Source: a phage
Length of the DNA stretch: 64,000 nt
Direction: 5' to 3' (one strand)
NCBI GenBank assembly: GCA_024911895.1
Contig: GCA_024911895.1_3948.1
Shown here: positions 15,579 through 24,738 of the stretch, one piece after another
Layout of the letters: the number at the start of each line of letters is the position of its first letter
How positions within the stretch are numbered: the stretch's first letter is position 1
Notes under the pieces: generated by a model
Database searches by the model: none
What the model was told of the DNA's origin: nothing
What the model saw: the letters and a program-made list of their open reading frames with translations, nothing else
Translations under genes and position numbers: made by a program

Positions 15579-17360
15579 TTAAAGCTGCTTGTCAATATTA
15601 TTTCGAATATCACCAAGAGTTGTGTAACCGAACTGCTCAGAGTCGCTAAAGACTAAACGTAAAGCACAAGCTGGATGCTCAAGTGCATCTGCAAAACTCT
15701 GGAATCCATAGCCGTCTACAGCTTTCAGACTCTCACCATCCCACATAGGGGCTACACCACCAAAAGCAGACTTCTTAACACCACTATCTGTTTTAGGGTC
15801 TTTTGCAAGCATAATCTCTTTACCACCAATGCTTGCAAGAGTTGCTTTGACAGCAAATGCAAAGGTGTCACGAGTCATGTACTGGTAAGTGTAAGAACCC
15901 ACACCAAACACTACGTTAGAGCTTGCAAAACCCATTTCATACAAACGCTTCAGGATTTCGTTTGCACGTTCCAACGTGATAGAGTCACCATAAATAAGGC
16001 CAATGTGCTCATCCAGCACCTTAAAGCCTTTAGAGTTGATAGTTCCTCCAAAGATGTTATACAGTGTTTTGATAGCTCCATCAATCTCCGCTACAGGACG
16101 TGTTACAACGTTTGCAGAACCAACCATATAAGCATTTTTCAACAGCACTGTATCAGCAACTTCAAAGTCTTCTCTGTCAACAACCATTTCGTAGCCTTCT
16201 GACAGTAGCCATCCAGCAATACCATAACTGATATTTTCAAGCTTCATGTTCAGAACAGCATTCAACATCGTGTCGCTGGCTTCAAGCTTGCTTAAGTGTT
16301 CGTAATAAGCCTTTTTAGCACACTCTAAATGGATTGCTTTGTATCCTGCGACAATATGTACAGGGTCTCCAGAATCAGGACGAATTACCAGTTTACCATC
16401 ACGTCCCATAATCTCTTTGCGGAGTTCTGGTAATATGACTGATACAGTCCTCCAGAAATTATAAGTATCTGAGACAACACTTGCAATACCAGTTGGGTAA
16501 GTCTCTGTTAAAAAACGACGGAAGGTTTGTAACTCACCTTTAAAACGTCTTTCATCTTCAATCAACTCATTACCACCTTCCCAAGCAATGTTTGCACACA
16601 TTACAGAGTGTTCAGTGGCTGGTACAGAGCTACCAATATCAGAGATTGGGTAGGACTGTCCATAGATACGTTTAGCTGTATACACAGCAGGAAAACTGTC
16701 AGTTCCTTTAAAGCTTGTTAAGTGACCTACAGCGTTAAATGCATCATCAGTAAAGCCGGACATGCCGCGCATAGCAAAGTCATGGCACTGATAAGGTAAA
16801 TGCAAGTCGTTGTCACAAGTAAGGTCAGCCCACTTCTTACAAATGCGTTTGTAATGTAATGCAATAGTTGCAATGGTGCAAGCCTTCCAAATCTCAGCAG
16901 AGAAAGCATCTTCCAGATAACCTGCTACCCAATGGAAACCTGAAACAGTGTTCTGGAAGACAATCATTGGGACACGCATCGGGACAACTGTGCCTTCTTC
17001 TACAGCGTATACTTCAACTGGTAGGTAACCTAAGTCGTGAAGTGCTTCCCAATGCTCTCGACCGATAGCATCTTTACCCAGAACACCATTCATGACTTCT
17101 AAGATTTCGTCAATTGCTTCTTTTTTATCACGTTCAAAGAAAGTGGCGTTCCAGTGGTCTATCAGGTAATCTTTAACAAAACGTTGAATACCAAAAGCCA
17201 CTACACCATCAATTACTAAGGGGCTGTTAAACCACTTATCACTACGTGGTGTCAGGTTCAACATAAGATATTGCGTAGCATCTGGATACTGATATATATG
17301 TGATGCCTTGTAAGCATCTGCATTAAGACCTGCTGGTACTGCGTAAAGTGACTTACTCAT
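15579..17360 (-). CDS. nicotinamide phosphoribosyltransferase-family protein (Nampt-like; could instead be a nicotinamide-ADPR transferase-type enzyme)
   Basis: 593 aa; overall Nampt-like composition and length class; adjacent to a Prs-like gene; family call from memory of phage NadV-type proteins. Confidence 0.6.
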   Translation of the reverse strand: MSKSLYAVPAGLNADAYKASHIYQYPDATQYLMLNLTPRSDKWFNSPLVIDGVVAFGIQRFVKDYLIDHWNATFFERDKKEAIDEILEVMNGVLGKDAIGREHWEALHDLGYLPVEVYAVEEGTVVPMRVPMIVFQNTVSGFHWVAGYLEDAFSAEIWKACTIATIALHYKRICKKWADLTCDNDLHLPYQCHDFAMRGMSGFTDDAFNAVGHLTSFKGTDSFPAVYTAKRIYGQSYPISDIGSSVPATEHSVMCANIAWEGGNELIEDERRFKGELQTFRRFLTETYPTGIASVVSDTYNFWRTVSVILPELRKEIMGRDGKLVIRPDSGDPVHIVAGYKAIHLECAKKAYYEHLSKLEASDTMLNAVLNMKLENISYGIAGWLLSEGYEMVVDREDFEVADTVLLKNAYMVGSANVVTRPVAEIDGAIKTLYNIFGGTINSKGFKVLDEHIGLIYGDSITLERANEILKRLYEMGFASSNVVFGVGSYTYQYMTRDTFAFAVKATLASIGGKEIMLAKDPKTDSGVKKSAFGGVAPMWDGESLKAVDGYGFQSFADALEHPACALRLVFSDSEQFGYTTLGDIRNNIDKQL

Positions 17361-17376
17361 ATTTTATCTCTCTCTC

Positions 17377-17868
17377 TTAGTTATGTCTTGCAAACTCACC
17401 ATGAAGTTCTATTCGCTTTTTAATTACAGCTTCTTTTGCTTCTTCTACCGTTTTAAATCTTCCACAAAAGTATTCTTTATGGTAAAGCATGACTCTTGCT
17501 TTGTAAAGACCTGTTTGTTTACAAAAACTTACACCCTTCACACCAGTTTTATTATTCTTGTATATACCCCTATTCCTCTGATTTTGTGACTTTGTGCTAA
17601 GTCTTAAATTCTCCAACTTATTATTAGGTTTATCAAGGTCTATGTGGTCTATCTCATATCCACTTGGTATCTCACCTCCAGACATAATCCATGCAATATT
17701 ATGTGCATAGTACCTCTTCTTATTTATCTGGACTTGGATATAACCCTTCTTAGACCTTGTGCCAGCCACATTACCAGCAATAGCGGTACTGCAAAGGGTT
17801 ACTCTCCAAATTAATAAACCTGTATCTGGCTCATATATTAGGTATCTTTCAAAATAACCCTTATTCAT
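17377..17868 (-). CDS. HNH homing endonuclease with C-terminal AP2 DNA-binding domain
   Basis: HNH region GYEIDHIDLDKPNNKLENLRL; AP2-like GVKGVSF...GRFKTVEEAKEAV...HGEFA; inserted between the Nampt-like and Prs-like genes. Confidence 0.7.
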   Translation of the reverse strand: MNKGYFERYLIYEPDTGLLIWRVTLCSTAIAGNVAGTRSKKGYIQVQINKKRYYAHNIAWIMSGGEIPSGYEIDHIDLDKPNNKLENLRLSTKSQNQRNRGIYKNNKTGVKGVSFCKQTGLYKARVMLYHKEYFCGRFKTVEEAKEAVIKKRIELHGEFARHN

Positions 17869-17876
17869 ACTGTTAC

Positions 17877-18758
17877 CTAATCAATGTTTGCTACAGTAAC
17901 TTGACCATAATGTGTTAAGCCACGGTCTTTAGCTTCCCCTAAAGAGTTTGTAGTGTAAATGTGGTCAATACCATTGTCAAGAAGGTTTTCAACACCTTTA
18001 GAGAAAATACCATGTGTTACATAGAGTTCCACACGTTTTGCACCTGCTTCACGAAGATGTTTAGCTGCCTCTACGAATGTTCGACCACCATCACAGATAT
18101 CATCAAGAATCATGACAGTTTTATCTGTCAAATCAACATCATCAAGGATTCGCATACCAGTTATTTCACCAGTCTTAAGGTTGCGTACTTTAGACATTGT
18201 GATATATGGTTTATCCACCTCTTTAGCAGTCTCTGCAATCTTCTTAGCAGCACCTGCATCTGGGGCTACTAAGTAGTCAACCAGAGGGTCATTTGCATAG
18301 TGGACTGCAATCTCCTTTTGAGGAATACTCTGGAAGCAATTGAAAAGGTTATCTGGAACGTAACTGTGAGGGTCAACTGCACAGACTGCACCAAATCCCA
18401 TTGCATTTACCTGTTTAGAAAAAACCTTCAAAGCTGCTGCGTCGCCTTTAAACATGTGACGGTCATATCGTGCATTTGGTAAGTAGTAAAAGATGACAGT
18501 CTTTAAAGCATAATCATGAGGAATTAAATCATCAATTGCTTCTTTAGCAAGCGCCACAGCAAACAATGTGTCTTTATCATAACCTTTTACAATCATAATC
18601 ACATTGTTGATGGATGATGCAGCATAAGCAGTAAAATCAACAAACTCTGGTGAAAAGTGTCCACCAATCTCACCAGAAGGGAATTGGATGATGTTAAACT
18701 CTTCTTCATGAGTTCCTTTAGTTGGTGAATGAACTGTAACACGTATAGATGTTTTCAT
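17877..18758 (-). CDS. ribose-phosphate pyrophosphokinase-family protein (Prs-like; could instead be an ADPR-pyrophosphate synthetase-type enzyme); start moved to the ATG at 18758
   Basis: PRPP-binding loop VMILDDICDGGRT, VDPH, APDAGA; GA-rich RBS GAGAGAGAAA; the ORF-track start at 18773 is TTG. Confidence 0.6.
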   Translation of the reverse strand: MKTSIRVTVHSPTKGTHEEEFNIIQFPSGEIGGHFSPEFVDFTAYAASSINNVIMIVKGYDKDTLFAVALAKEAIDDLIPHDYALKTVIFYYLPNARYDRHMFKGDAAALKVFSKQVNAMGFGAVCAVDPHSYVPDNLFNCFQSIPQKEIAVHYANDPLVDYLVAPDAGAAKKIAETAKEVDKPYITMSKVRNLKTGEITGMRILDDVDLTDKTVMILDDICDGGRTFVEAAKHLREAGAKRVELYVTHGIFSKGVENLLDNGIDHIYTTNSLGEAKDRGLTHYGQVTVANID

Positions 18759-18769
18759 AATTTTCTCTC

Positions 18770-19048
18770 TCAATCAAAAGTTACGTTAGTTACTGCCATT
18801 GCAGACTTGCATTTTACAGGGTCTACAACGTGATAAAGTACACTACAGTTTCCTGTGCTATCTGGCACAGGCTTTACCCATTGCTGCTTGACAGTTGGTT
18901 CTCCTAAGTCTTTGTAAGAACCATCTGTAAAGTTGTTTACCATCTCAAGTGCAATTGGCTCTGGAACATGACCACGTATCATGTACATTTCACAACCATT
19001 ACCACCTTCACTGACTAATGGTAAAATCTCCCACTTTTCTTTAGCCAT
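18770..19048 (-). CDS. hypothetical protein (92 aa)
   Basis: ORF with ATG start. Confidence 0.45.
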   Translation of the reverse strand: MAKEKWEILPLVSEGGNGCEMYMIRGHVPEPIALEMVNNFTDGSYKDLGEPTVKQQWVKPVPDSTGNCSVLYHVVDPVKCKSAMAVTNVTFD

Positions 19049-19556
19049 TGTAAGTTGCCCTATAAACTATCTCGAACTTCAACAGGAGAGATATTGCCAA
19101 ATCTGTATAGTCGTTGTCAAGCACATCTGGCATATTATTTTTGATATATCTCTCTTGCTCTTCATAGGTCATCTTAGGGGTACTTAAAAGACTATCTCCT
19201 TGCTTCTGGTTATCAGCTTTAGTCTGAATAAACCAGTTTGCACAGTGATGTTCACCACCTTTTGTAACAGGTTTGTGATGACCTAATGTGAAGGATTGAC
19301 TGCCTGTGTATCTGCAAAGTTTATTGAGTACTGTAATGGTGTTCTTCACAACAAAACATTCATACAGATTATCTATGGTGTAGTGTGGGTAATATCGAAA
19401 TAATGCTCTTTCACGAGTACTCTCACGATTCCAGAGAATCATGTGATTGGAGTTGGAAGGGTCGTATTGGTGGGAGTCAATGAACTCTTGACGTTCCTCA
19501 AAGCTGAGTCTTAAAACTGACATTGCAGCCGAACGTTTCAGGTTTGACAGATACAT
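19041..19556 (-). CDS. hypothetical protein with HNH-like motif (possible HNH endonuclease)
   Basis: LGHHKPVTKGGEHHCANW resembles the HH..GG..N core of HNH nucleases. Confidence 0.35.
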   Translation of the reverse strand: MYLSNLKRSAAMSVLRLSFEERQEFIDSHQYDPSNSNHMILWNRESTRERALFRYYPHYTIDNLYECFVVKNTITVLNKLCRYTGSQSFTLGHHKPVTKGGEHHCANWFIQTKADNQKQGDSLLSTPKMTYEEQERYIKNNMPDVLDNDYTDLAISLLLKFEIVYRATYNG

Positions 19557-19607
19557 ATTATCTCCAAAATAAAAAGGGAACCTTTACAGTTCCCTTATAG
19601 TATCTGC

Positions 19608-19928
19608 TTACTGAGCTACTTTCAAGATTCTTGTGAATGGAATTTCACTTTCTTCCATTAACTCTTTAGTTTCTTTGGTAACTTTCACAAAGTTATCTAG
19701 GCAGATAATCTTCTTATCTTTCTTACTATAGGTTAATTTAACCTTTTCAATATCTTTCTCAGAGCTTTTCTCTTCATTGAAGAGTTTTACAGCCTCTTTG
19801 AATGGGAGATATGAGCCATCATTATCACTAATGAATCCTGTACCACAATAGTAGGAGTTATGCTCTCTAGCCATAAACTGGCACAGTAAGAAAATCTGTA
19901 ATTTACGAGTGTTATAAACTTTGCTCAT
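19608..19928 (-). CDS. hypothetical protein (106 aa)
   Basis: ORF. Confidence 0.45.
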   Translation of the reverse strand: MSKVYNTRKLQIFLLCQFMAREHNSYYCGTGFISDNDGSYLPFKEAVKLFNEEKSSEKDIEKVKLTYSKKDKKIICLDNFVKVTKETKELMEESEIPFTRILKVAQ

Positions 19929-19930
19929 GA

Positions 19931-20197
19931 TTATTTAGCCTTCTTATTACGTTTACGGTTACGAGCTTTCTTAGCTGCTCGTTTAATAGCTGCTGCACCA
20001 GACGGACGGTGGGCTTGTTTCTTACCACCTTTGCCACGGCCTACATAGATGTAAGGCTGCTGTTCAATTTGGCTTGTAAGAACCTGTGCAACCGCTGAAG
20101 CATCTACACCGACTTGCTTTCCAGTCATAGAAACAATTGCTGCTGCTTTTGCCAGTGCCTTCAAGAATCCAGCTTTCATATTACCTAAAATTCCCAT
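19931..20197 (-). CDS. hypothetical basic protein (88 aa) with Lys/Arg-rich C-terminus
   Basis: ATG at 20197, preceded on the minus strand by a (GA)12 tract. Confidence 0.5.
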   Translation of the reverse strand: MGILGNMKAGFLKALAKAAAIVSMTGKQVGVDASAVAQVLTSQIEQQPYIYVGRGKGGKKQAHRPSGAAAIKRAAKKARNRKRNKKAK

Positions 20198-20204
20198 TTT
20201 TTAG

Positions 20205-20228
20205 TCTCTCTCTCTCTCTCTCTCTCTC
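20205..20228 (-). repeat. (TC)12 on plus = (GA)12 on the minus strand, 8 nt upstream of the ATG of 19931..20197
   Basis: perfect 24-nt dinucleotide repeat read directly. Confidence 0.9.
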
Positions 20229-20310
20229 ATTAAAGTTTAATACAGAACTTATGAAGTTCTTCTTCAGTGATACCAATTGGAGTTATACCTTAGTCCATTT
20301 GCCAGAATAA

Positions 20311-20796
20311 TCACTCTGCTCTCCACTGACAATCACCTTGCCACCCATACTCTTTTCTCCAGAGGTTTTGGTTATCAGAACCACGATATGGTTTAACTGT
20401 TGGTTTAGATGAATCATACTTACCATCAATCACCACGTCAACATATTTCATCACATCAAGGTGAATTTTTTCATGTAACTGAAAACCTGTCCAGAGCCAG
20501 ATAGATTTTTCTGGGTAAACGGTTTTAATACGTTTGCATATGTTGGTAACCTCTTGAATGTTTCTATCATCCAGAGGTTCTCCACCAAGTATTGACAGCC
20601 CACTGATGGCATTATCATCCATTAACTTAATGATGCCATAAAGGTTTGCATAAGTGAACTCTTTACCAGCATTAAACTTCCAAGATTCCTTATTAAAGCA
20701 ACCTTCACAGTGATGCTTACAACCAGCTACGAAGAGGCTTACACGAACCCCTTCACCATTAGCTGTGTCAAATGGTCGAATCTCCATGTAATTCAT
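20311..20796 (-). CDS. nrdG: anaerobic ribonucleotide reductase activating protein (radical SAM)
   Basis: CKHHCEGC (CxxxCxxC) near the N-terminus; 161 aa; same operon orientation as nrdD. Confidence 0.7.
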   Translation of the reverse strand: MNYMEIRPFDTANGEGVRVSLFVAGCKHHCEGCFNKESWKFNAGKEFTYANLYGIIKLMDDNAISGLSILGGEPLDDRNIQEVTNICKRIKTVYPEKSIWLWTGFQLHEKIHLDVMKYVDVVIDGKYDSSKPTVKPYRGSDNQNLWRKEYGWQGDCQWRAE

Positions 20797-20805
20797 CTAG
20801 TTACC

Positions 20806-21105
20806 TCACCAATACATATAAGTGTTCTTAGCGGCTTTCTTTGGAGACTTGCTATCAATATCAAAATCTTCATCTAAGAAGGATGTCTTAGAAAGCTGCC
20901 TGATTTGTGTTCTTGTAAGACGTTTAGTAGCCTTCTTAATCTCCCTACAAGGTTGACTTGTAAAGTCATAAGAGCCACCTTTTCTGGACATCATATCAGA
21001 ATGGAAGTAGACATCTGAGGCATTTTCTCTGTTACGCACCTCATTCCTCCACTCATAGAGTCCGTGAACGTTCTTTAAACCTTTTCTTCGAATTGTTTTA
21101 CTCAT
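20806..21105 (-). CDS. hypothetical protein (99 aa)
   Basis: ORF. Confidence 0.45.
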   Translation of the reverse strand: MSKTIRRKGLKNVHGLYEWRNEVRNRENASDVYFHSDMMSRKGGSYDFTSQPCREIKKATKRLTRTQIRQLSKTSFLDEDFDIDSKSPKKAAKNTYMYW

Positions 21106-21497
21106 TCAAACACCACCTGACAGGGAACCTGTTTAGTAATAAACTCTTCACAGTGCTCTTTAATGAAGTTTTGTAATGGCACACAATCTTGTGCACAAGT
21201 CATTAGCATAATGTACTCTGGATTCATAATATTTTCAAGACTGTAGAAGACAACATCGTCAGATAATTCATGACCGTCTTCTTCAGACCAAGTTCCAGTG
21301 ACTACAGCTAATTTGTCAAGCAATTCATTAGGCAATGCTACACCATCTTCTACAGAATCACTTAGAACGTTGTCACCAACATACAATGTGAAGGTCGTAT
21401 GAAATGTTGAGTATTTTACGTGATTCTTTTCGCAAGAGCCACACTCTGAGGCGTAATCTTTAATCCACTCTAATTGTTTTTGGCTTAACTTAATCAT
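21102..21497 (-). CDS. hypothetical protein (131 aa)
   Basis: ORF; ATGA overlap with neighbours. Confidence 0.5.
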   Translation of the reverse strand: MIKLSQKQLEWIKDYASECGSCEKNHVKYSTFHTTFTLYVGDNVLSDSVEDGVALPNELLDKLAVVTGTWSEEDGHELSDDVVFYSLENIMNPEYIMLMTCAQDCVPLQNFIKEHCEEFITKQVPCQVVFE

Positions 21498-21709
21498 AAT
21501 TTGACCTTAGTTGGTATTGCAGAAAATGCAATAGTTAACCCTAAAAATGGTTTGAAGCATGACCACAAATCCATCTGACCCTGATATGAAAACTCCCATT
21601 GTGGGTCTGAGAAACCCCATACTGTGACACTAACCCCAATAAAGAATACCGCTATATGCAGTATGGGTGTCGACACCTTTAAAAGCTTAGACATAATTAA
21701 TTCCACCAT
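21494..21709 (-). CDS. hypothetical membrane protein (71 aa)
   Basis: two hydrophobic segments. Confidence 0.4.
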   Translation of the reverse strand: MVELIMSKLLKVSTPILHIAVFFIGVSVTVWGFSDPQWEFSYQGQMDLWSCFKPFLGLTIAFSAIPTKVKL

Positions 21710-22080
21710 ATAGTTTTCCCATTATCACATGTGTAAAGATATTCTATAGAAGTTTGTGGAACAAGTATAGTGGTACTCCCACTAAGCACGCTCACAAAAT
21801 AAGTTACCTCACGGTTTTGAGAGGTTTTTACACAATTGTTTGCATCCATCCATGCCATTACCTTATACGAATCATATACAACAAAAGCACAAAATATAAG
21901 GAATCCCACTACCATAGCTTTAAAGATAAACTCAGGCCAAAAATCTGAGCAAATAATGTCTTTAAAACGCATGACACCGATAATGATTAATATGATGAGA
22001 CATGCAAGGCTACAAACTGCTACATAAAGCCACAAGTCCATGATACAACTCCAATAAAAAAGGTGATGTAAGCCTATCAA
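21697..22080 (-). CDS. hypothetical membrane protein (127 aa)
   Basis: multiple hydrophobic helices (LWLYVAVCSLACLIILIIIGV, AMVVGFLIFCAFVVY). Confidence 0.45.
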   Translation of the reverse strand: MIGLHHLFYWSCIMDLWLYVAVCSLACLIILIIIGVMRFKDIICSDFWPEFIFKAMVVGFLIFCAFVVYDSYKVMAWMDANNCVKTSQNREVTYFVSVLSGSTTILVPQTSIEYLYTCDNGKTIWWN

Positions 22081-22103
22081 GACTCACACCACCATGTCAA
22101 GTT

Positions 22104-24248
22104 TTACATAGAAACTCTGTCACGAATCTCAGCGATTTTTGCATCATTCATTCGTGATTCACCTTTAATCTTAGTCCATCCAAGATAACCACACACCCTG
22201 TTAATCACAGAGATATCATGTGAATGGCAAACCTCACATTCTTCAACATCAGCCTTTGGTCTGTTACCACAATGCTCACAGATTGCTAAGTCAAAGTTAA
22301 GTCCCTGATAAAAACCTTTCAACATGCCTCTTGTAATACAGCTTTTAAGTGCTGATAAGTTTTCTGGGTTAGCCACCCTTACATACTGGATTCTGCCACC
22401 TCTACAGATATGGAAGAATGGCTCTTCTAAGTCCTGCTTCTCAAATGGTGAGATGTCTGCTGCAACATTCATATGAAAACTGTTTGTGAAGTATTCCTTG
22501 TCAGAAACACCTTTAATAACGCCAAACATATCTCTGAACTGTTTTAGTTGAGTTCCACAAAGTGATTCTGCTGGAGTACCATAGACGGCATATAAGAAGC
22601 CATCTTCGTTTTTAAACTCTTCAGTTTTCATGTTGATGTATGCCAGAACATCGTATGCAAAACTATAGCTTCCAACTTCATGAAGTCGTTTACCCTCAGC
22701 AAGAACAGATAACTCATCAAGCGCAGTAACCCCAAAAGAAGCTGTGAAAGACTTCACGATATCCCAACCAACCTTGTCAGTAGGTTTCTTAGTCCCTTTG
22801 TACAGACCACCTTGTGTGAATGCAAGAGGGTTAGAACTTGCTGGCATATTAGCAATCATTTCGTAGCGTTTCTTGTGGAAGTTGCGAATCATCTCTAGGT
22901 GCTTATCAAGCTCTTTCCAGAAATCTAAACCATTCTCTTTAGAATACTGGTAAATCATTGGTAAGTTCAAAGATACAGCACCAATGTTAGCACGACCAAC
23001 GTAGAACTCTTCTCCACCCTCATTAAGATATGGAGATAAAAAGGCTCTGCAACCCATCGGTGAAATTACCTTACCAGAACGCTCAAAAGCCTCTGCTACA
23101 GCGCCATGACCAGACACACTTAAGAAATCTGGGTACATTGCTTTAGAGCAACACTCGATGGCTTTACTGTACAGGTGACCTTGACAGATATTTTCATCAT
23201 GTCTCTTCTGGTCATAAATATAAACCAGTTTAGGGAATACAACAGGTTTTTTGCTCTTGCCTTGTCCATTCATACGAACATCTAGGAGAGTACTTGCAAT
23301 CATGTATTGGAGTCGATTATCCTCATTAGACATATCTGAGTCAAGTAAACCAAATGTTAAAGTTGTGAATGCAAAATCACCACGGCTACAAGGTACGGTA
23401 TTTAGTTTCATCTCAAGTGACTGAAAACCCTGAGTCAGTTCAATTTGTAACTGCTCCATTACATAATTGTGGTAATGCTCTTTAGGAATACCATAAGATG
23501 ATGCTTTCTCAGCATGATAGCGTAGAGACTTCTTAGCATACGGTACAAGTACCTTATCAATCTCTGCTAAAGTAAAACCACCAAATTGCTGTGCAGTTGC
23601 TGAAAGTACTACGTCACCAATAACCTGCAACGCTGACAGTACAGATTTAGGTTCACAGTACTCAATGCCGGACATTTCAAAGCCACCTTTTAGTACTTTA
23701 CCAATGTCAAACAGGCAACAGTTAATACCACCAAAAATCAGGTCTCTCAAATCGTGGATATAGATAAAGCCTTTCTCAATGGCTTCAAGTTCCTCTGGTG
23801 TTAGATGATACTGTTTAAAGATTTCTTTAGTCAGATAACCACGGATAATTGAACCTTTCGTAGAAATTAAACTACTGTCAAAGTTAGCATTTTCACGGTC
23901 ACCTAAGAAGAGTGTATCTTTAGTCTTCTGGTAGAGTTCATCCCAATTTTGAGCAACCTCTTTACGGTAATTTCTGTATGTTGAGTAAGACTCATAAATC
24001 TCGTGATTGACCTCTGCCAAAGCACCTTCAACAATACTGTGAATATCATTTACCGAAATTAGTAAATTATTCTGTTTAGTAGATTTTACCAGAATCCTCA
24101 TAAATGCTGACTCAAGAGCTTGAGTAACATCTGGTGGGAGTTCTTTATACCCAACCCTATTAGCTGACTTTGTGACTGCTGCTAAAACTTTTTTGATATC
24201 AGGTTCTTCGAGTGAGCCATTCTTTTTAATAATCTGTACTTTGTTCAT
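22104..24248 (-). CDS. nrdD: anaerobic (class III) ribonucleoside-triphosphate reductase
   Basis: 714 aa; C-terminal glycyl-radical motif RVCGYLG; Cys cluster CEHCGN..CEVCH. Confidence 0.8.
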   Translation of the reverse strand: MNKVQIIKKNGSLEEPDIKKVLAAVTKSANRVGYKELPPDVTQALESAFMRILVKSTKQNNLLISVNDIHSIVEGALAEVNHEIYESYSTYRNYRKEVAQNWDELYQKTKDTLFLGDRENANFDSSLISTKGSIIRGYLTKEIFKQYHLTPEELEAIEKGFIYIHDLRDLIFGGINCCLFDIGKVLKGGFEMSGIEYCEPKSVLSALQVIGDVVLSATAQQFGGFTLAEIDKVLVPYAKKSLRYHAEKASSYGIPKEHYHNYVMEQLQIELTQGFQSLEMKLNTVPCSRGDFAFTTLTFGLLDSDMSNEDNRLQYMIASTLLDVRMNGQGKSKKPVVFPKLVYIYDQKRHDENICQGHLYSKAIECCSKAMYPDFLSVSGHGAVAEAFERSGKVISPMGCRAFLSPYLNEGGEEFYVGRANIGAVSLNLPMIYQYSKENGLDFWKELDKHLEMIRNFHKKRYEMIANMPASSNPLAFTQGGLYKGTKKPTDKVGWDIVKSFTASFGVTALDELSVLAEGKRLHEVGSYSFAYDVLAYINMKTEEFKNEDGFLYAVYGTPAESLCGTQLKQFRDMFGVIKGVSDKEYFTNSFHMNVAADISPFEKQDLEEPFFHICRGGRIQYVRVANPENLSALKSCITRGMLKGFYQGLNFDLAICEHCGNRPKADVEECEVCHSHDISVINRVCGYLGWTKIKGESRMNDAKIAEIRDRVSM

Positions 24249-24262
24249 TATTGCCCCTTTAC

Positions 24263-24288
24263 ATGCTAAAAAGGTCTCCGAAGAGACC
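24263..24288 (-). terminator. UUCG-loop hairpin with U-run just upstream of nrdD (terminator or attenuator)
   Basis: plus GGTCTC-CGAA-GAGACC at 24273..24288; minus-strand T-run at 24263..24272. Confidence 0.45.
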
Positions 24289-24296
24289 CTTTCATT

Positions 24297-24503
24297 TTAA
24301 ATCTTTTTAGAAAACTTCGAAACGAGTTTTCTTAGTTTTTCAGTGATGCCTAGCTGTATCTCTAATATTTCAAAGATAACCCATAGTAACATGGCCCCAA
24401 ACAATGAACCTTGTTCAAAATCAGTAAATAGGTTAACAATCAGCATACCAATCACAATAGCTGGTGCATCAACAACCAAACCTTCCCAAATGCGTTTAAG
24501 CAT
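24297..24503 (-). CDS. hypothetical small membrane protein (68 aa)
   Basis: hydrophobic segments. Confidence 0.4.
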   Translation of the reverse strand: MLKRIWEGLVVDAPAIVIGMLIVNLFTDFEQGSLFGAMLLWVIFEILEIQLGITEKLRKLVSKFSKKI

Positions 24504-24738
24504 TATTCACCTCTGCCATAAAATTCTGTAGCGTCCCAACAGGTTTTAGGTTTTGTCCATCAGTTTTCATGATGAATGGCATCTGACGAACTGGCATCTG
24601 TGCAATATCCATCAGGTCTGACAGTTCATAATCCTGCCCTAACATTCTCACAACATGGTCAATACCACGAGCTTTTGCAAAATTCTTTGCAGTCTCACAC
24701 TGAGGGCATCCAGTTTTGGAGTAAATCACATAAGTCAT
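24496..24738 (-). CDS. glutaredoxin/NrdH-like redoxin
   Basis: CPQC active-site motif at residues 11-14; 80 aa; adjacent to nrdB. Confidence 0.65.
   Translation of the reverse strand: MTYVIYSKTGCPQCETAKNFAKARGIDHVVRMLGQDYELSDLMDIAQMPVRQMPFIMKTDGQNLKPVGTLQNFMAEVNNA

Noticed and set aside
15675-16202. long plus-strand ORFs inside minus-strand genes (for example 15675..16202 in the Nampt-like gene, 38228..38617 and 38672..39076 antisense to the polymerase, 32206..32577 in the SSB-like gene)
   Set aside because: Antisense shadow ORFs within well-supported genes; no start context and low-complexity translations.
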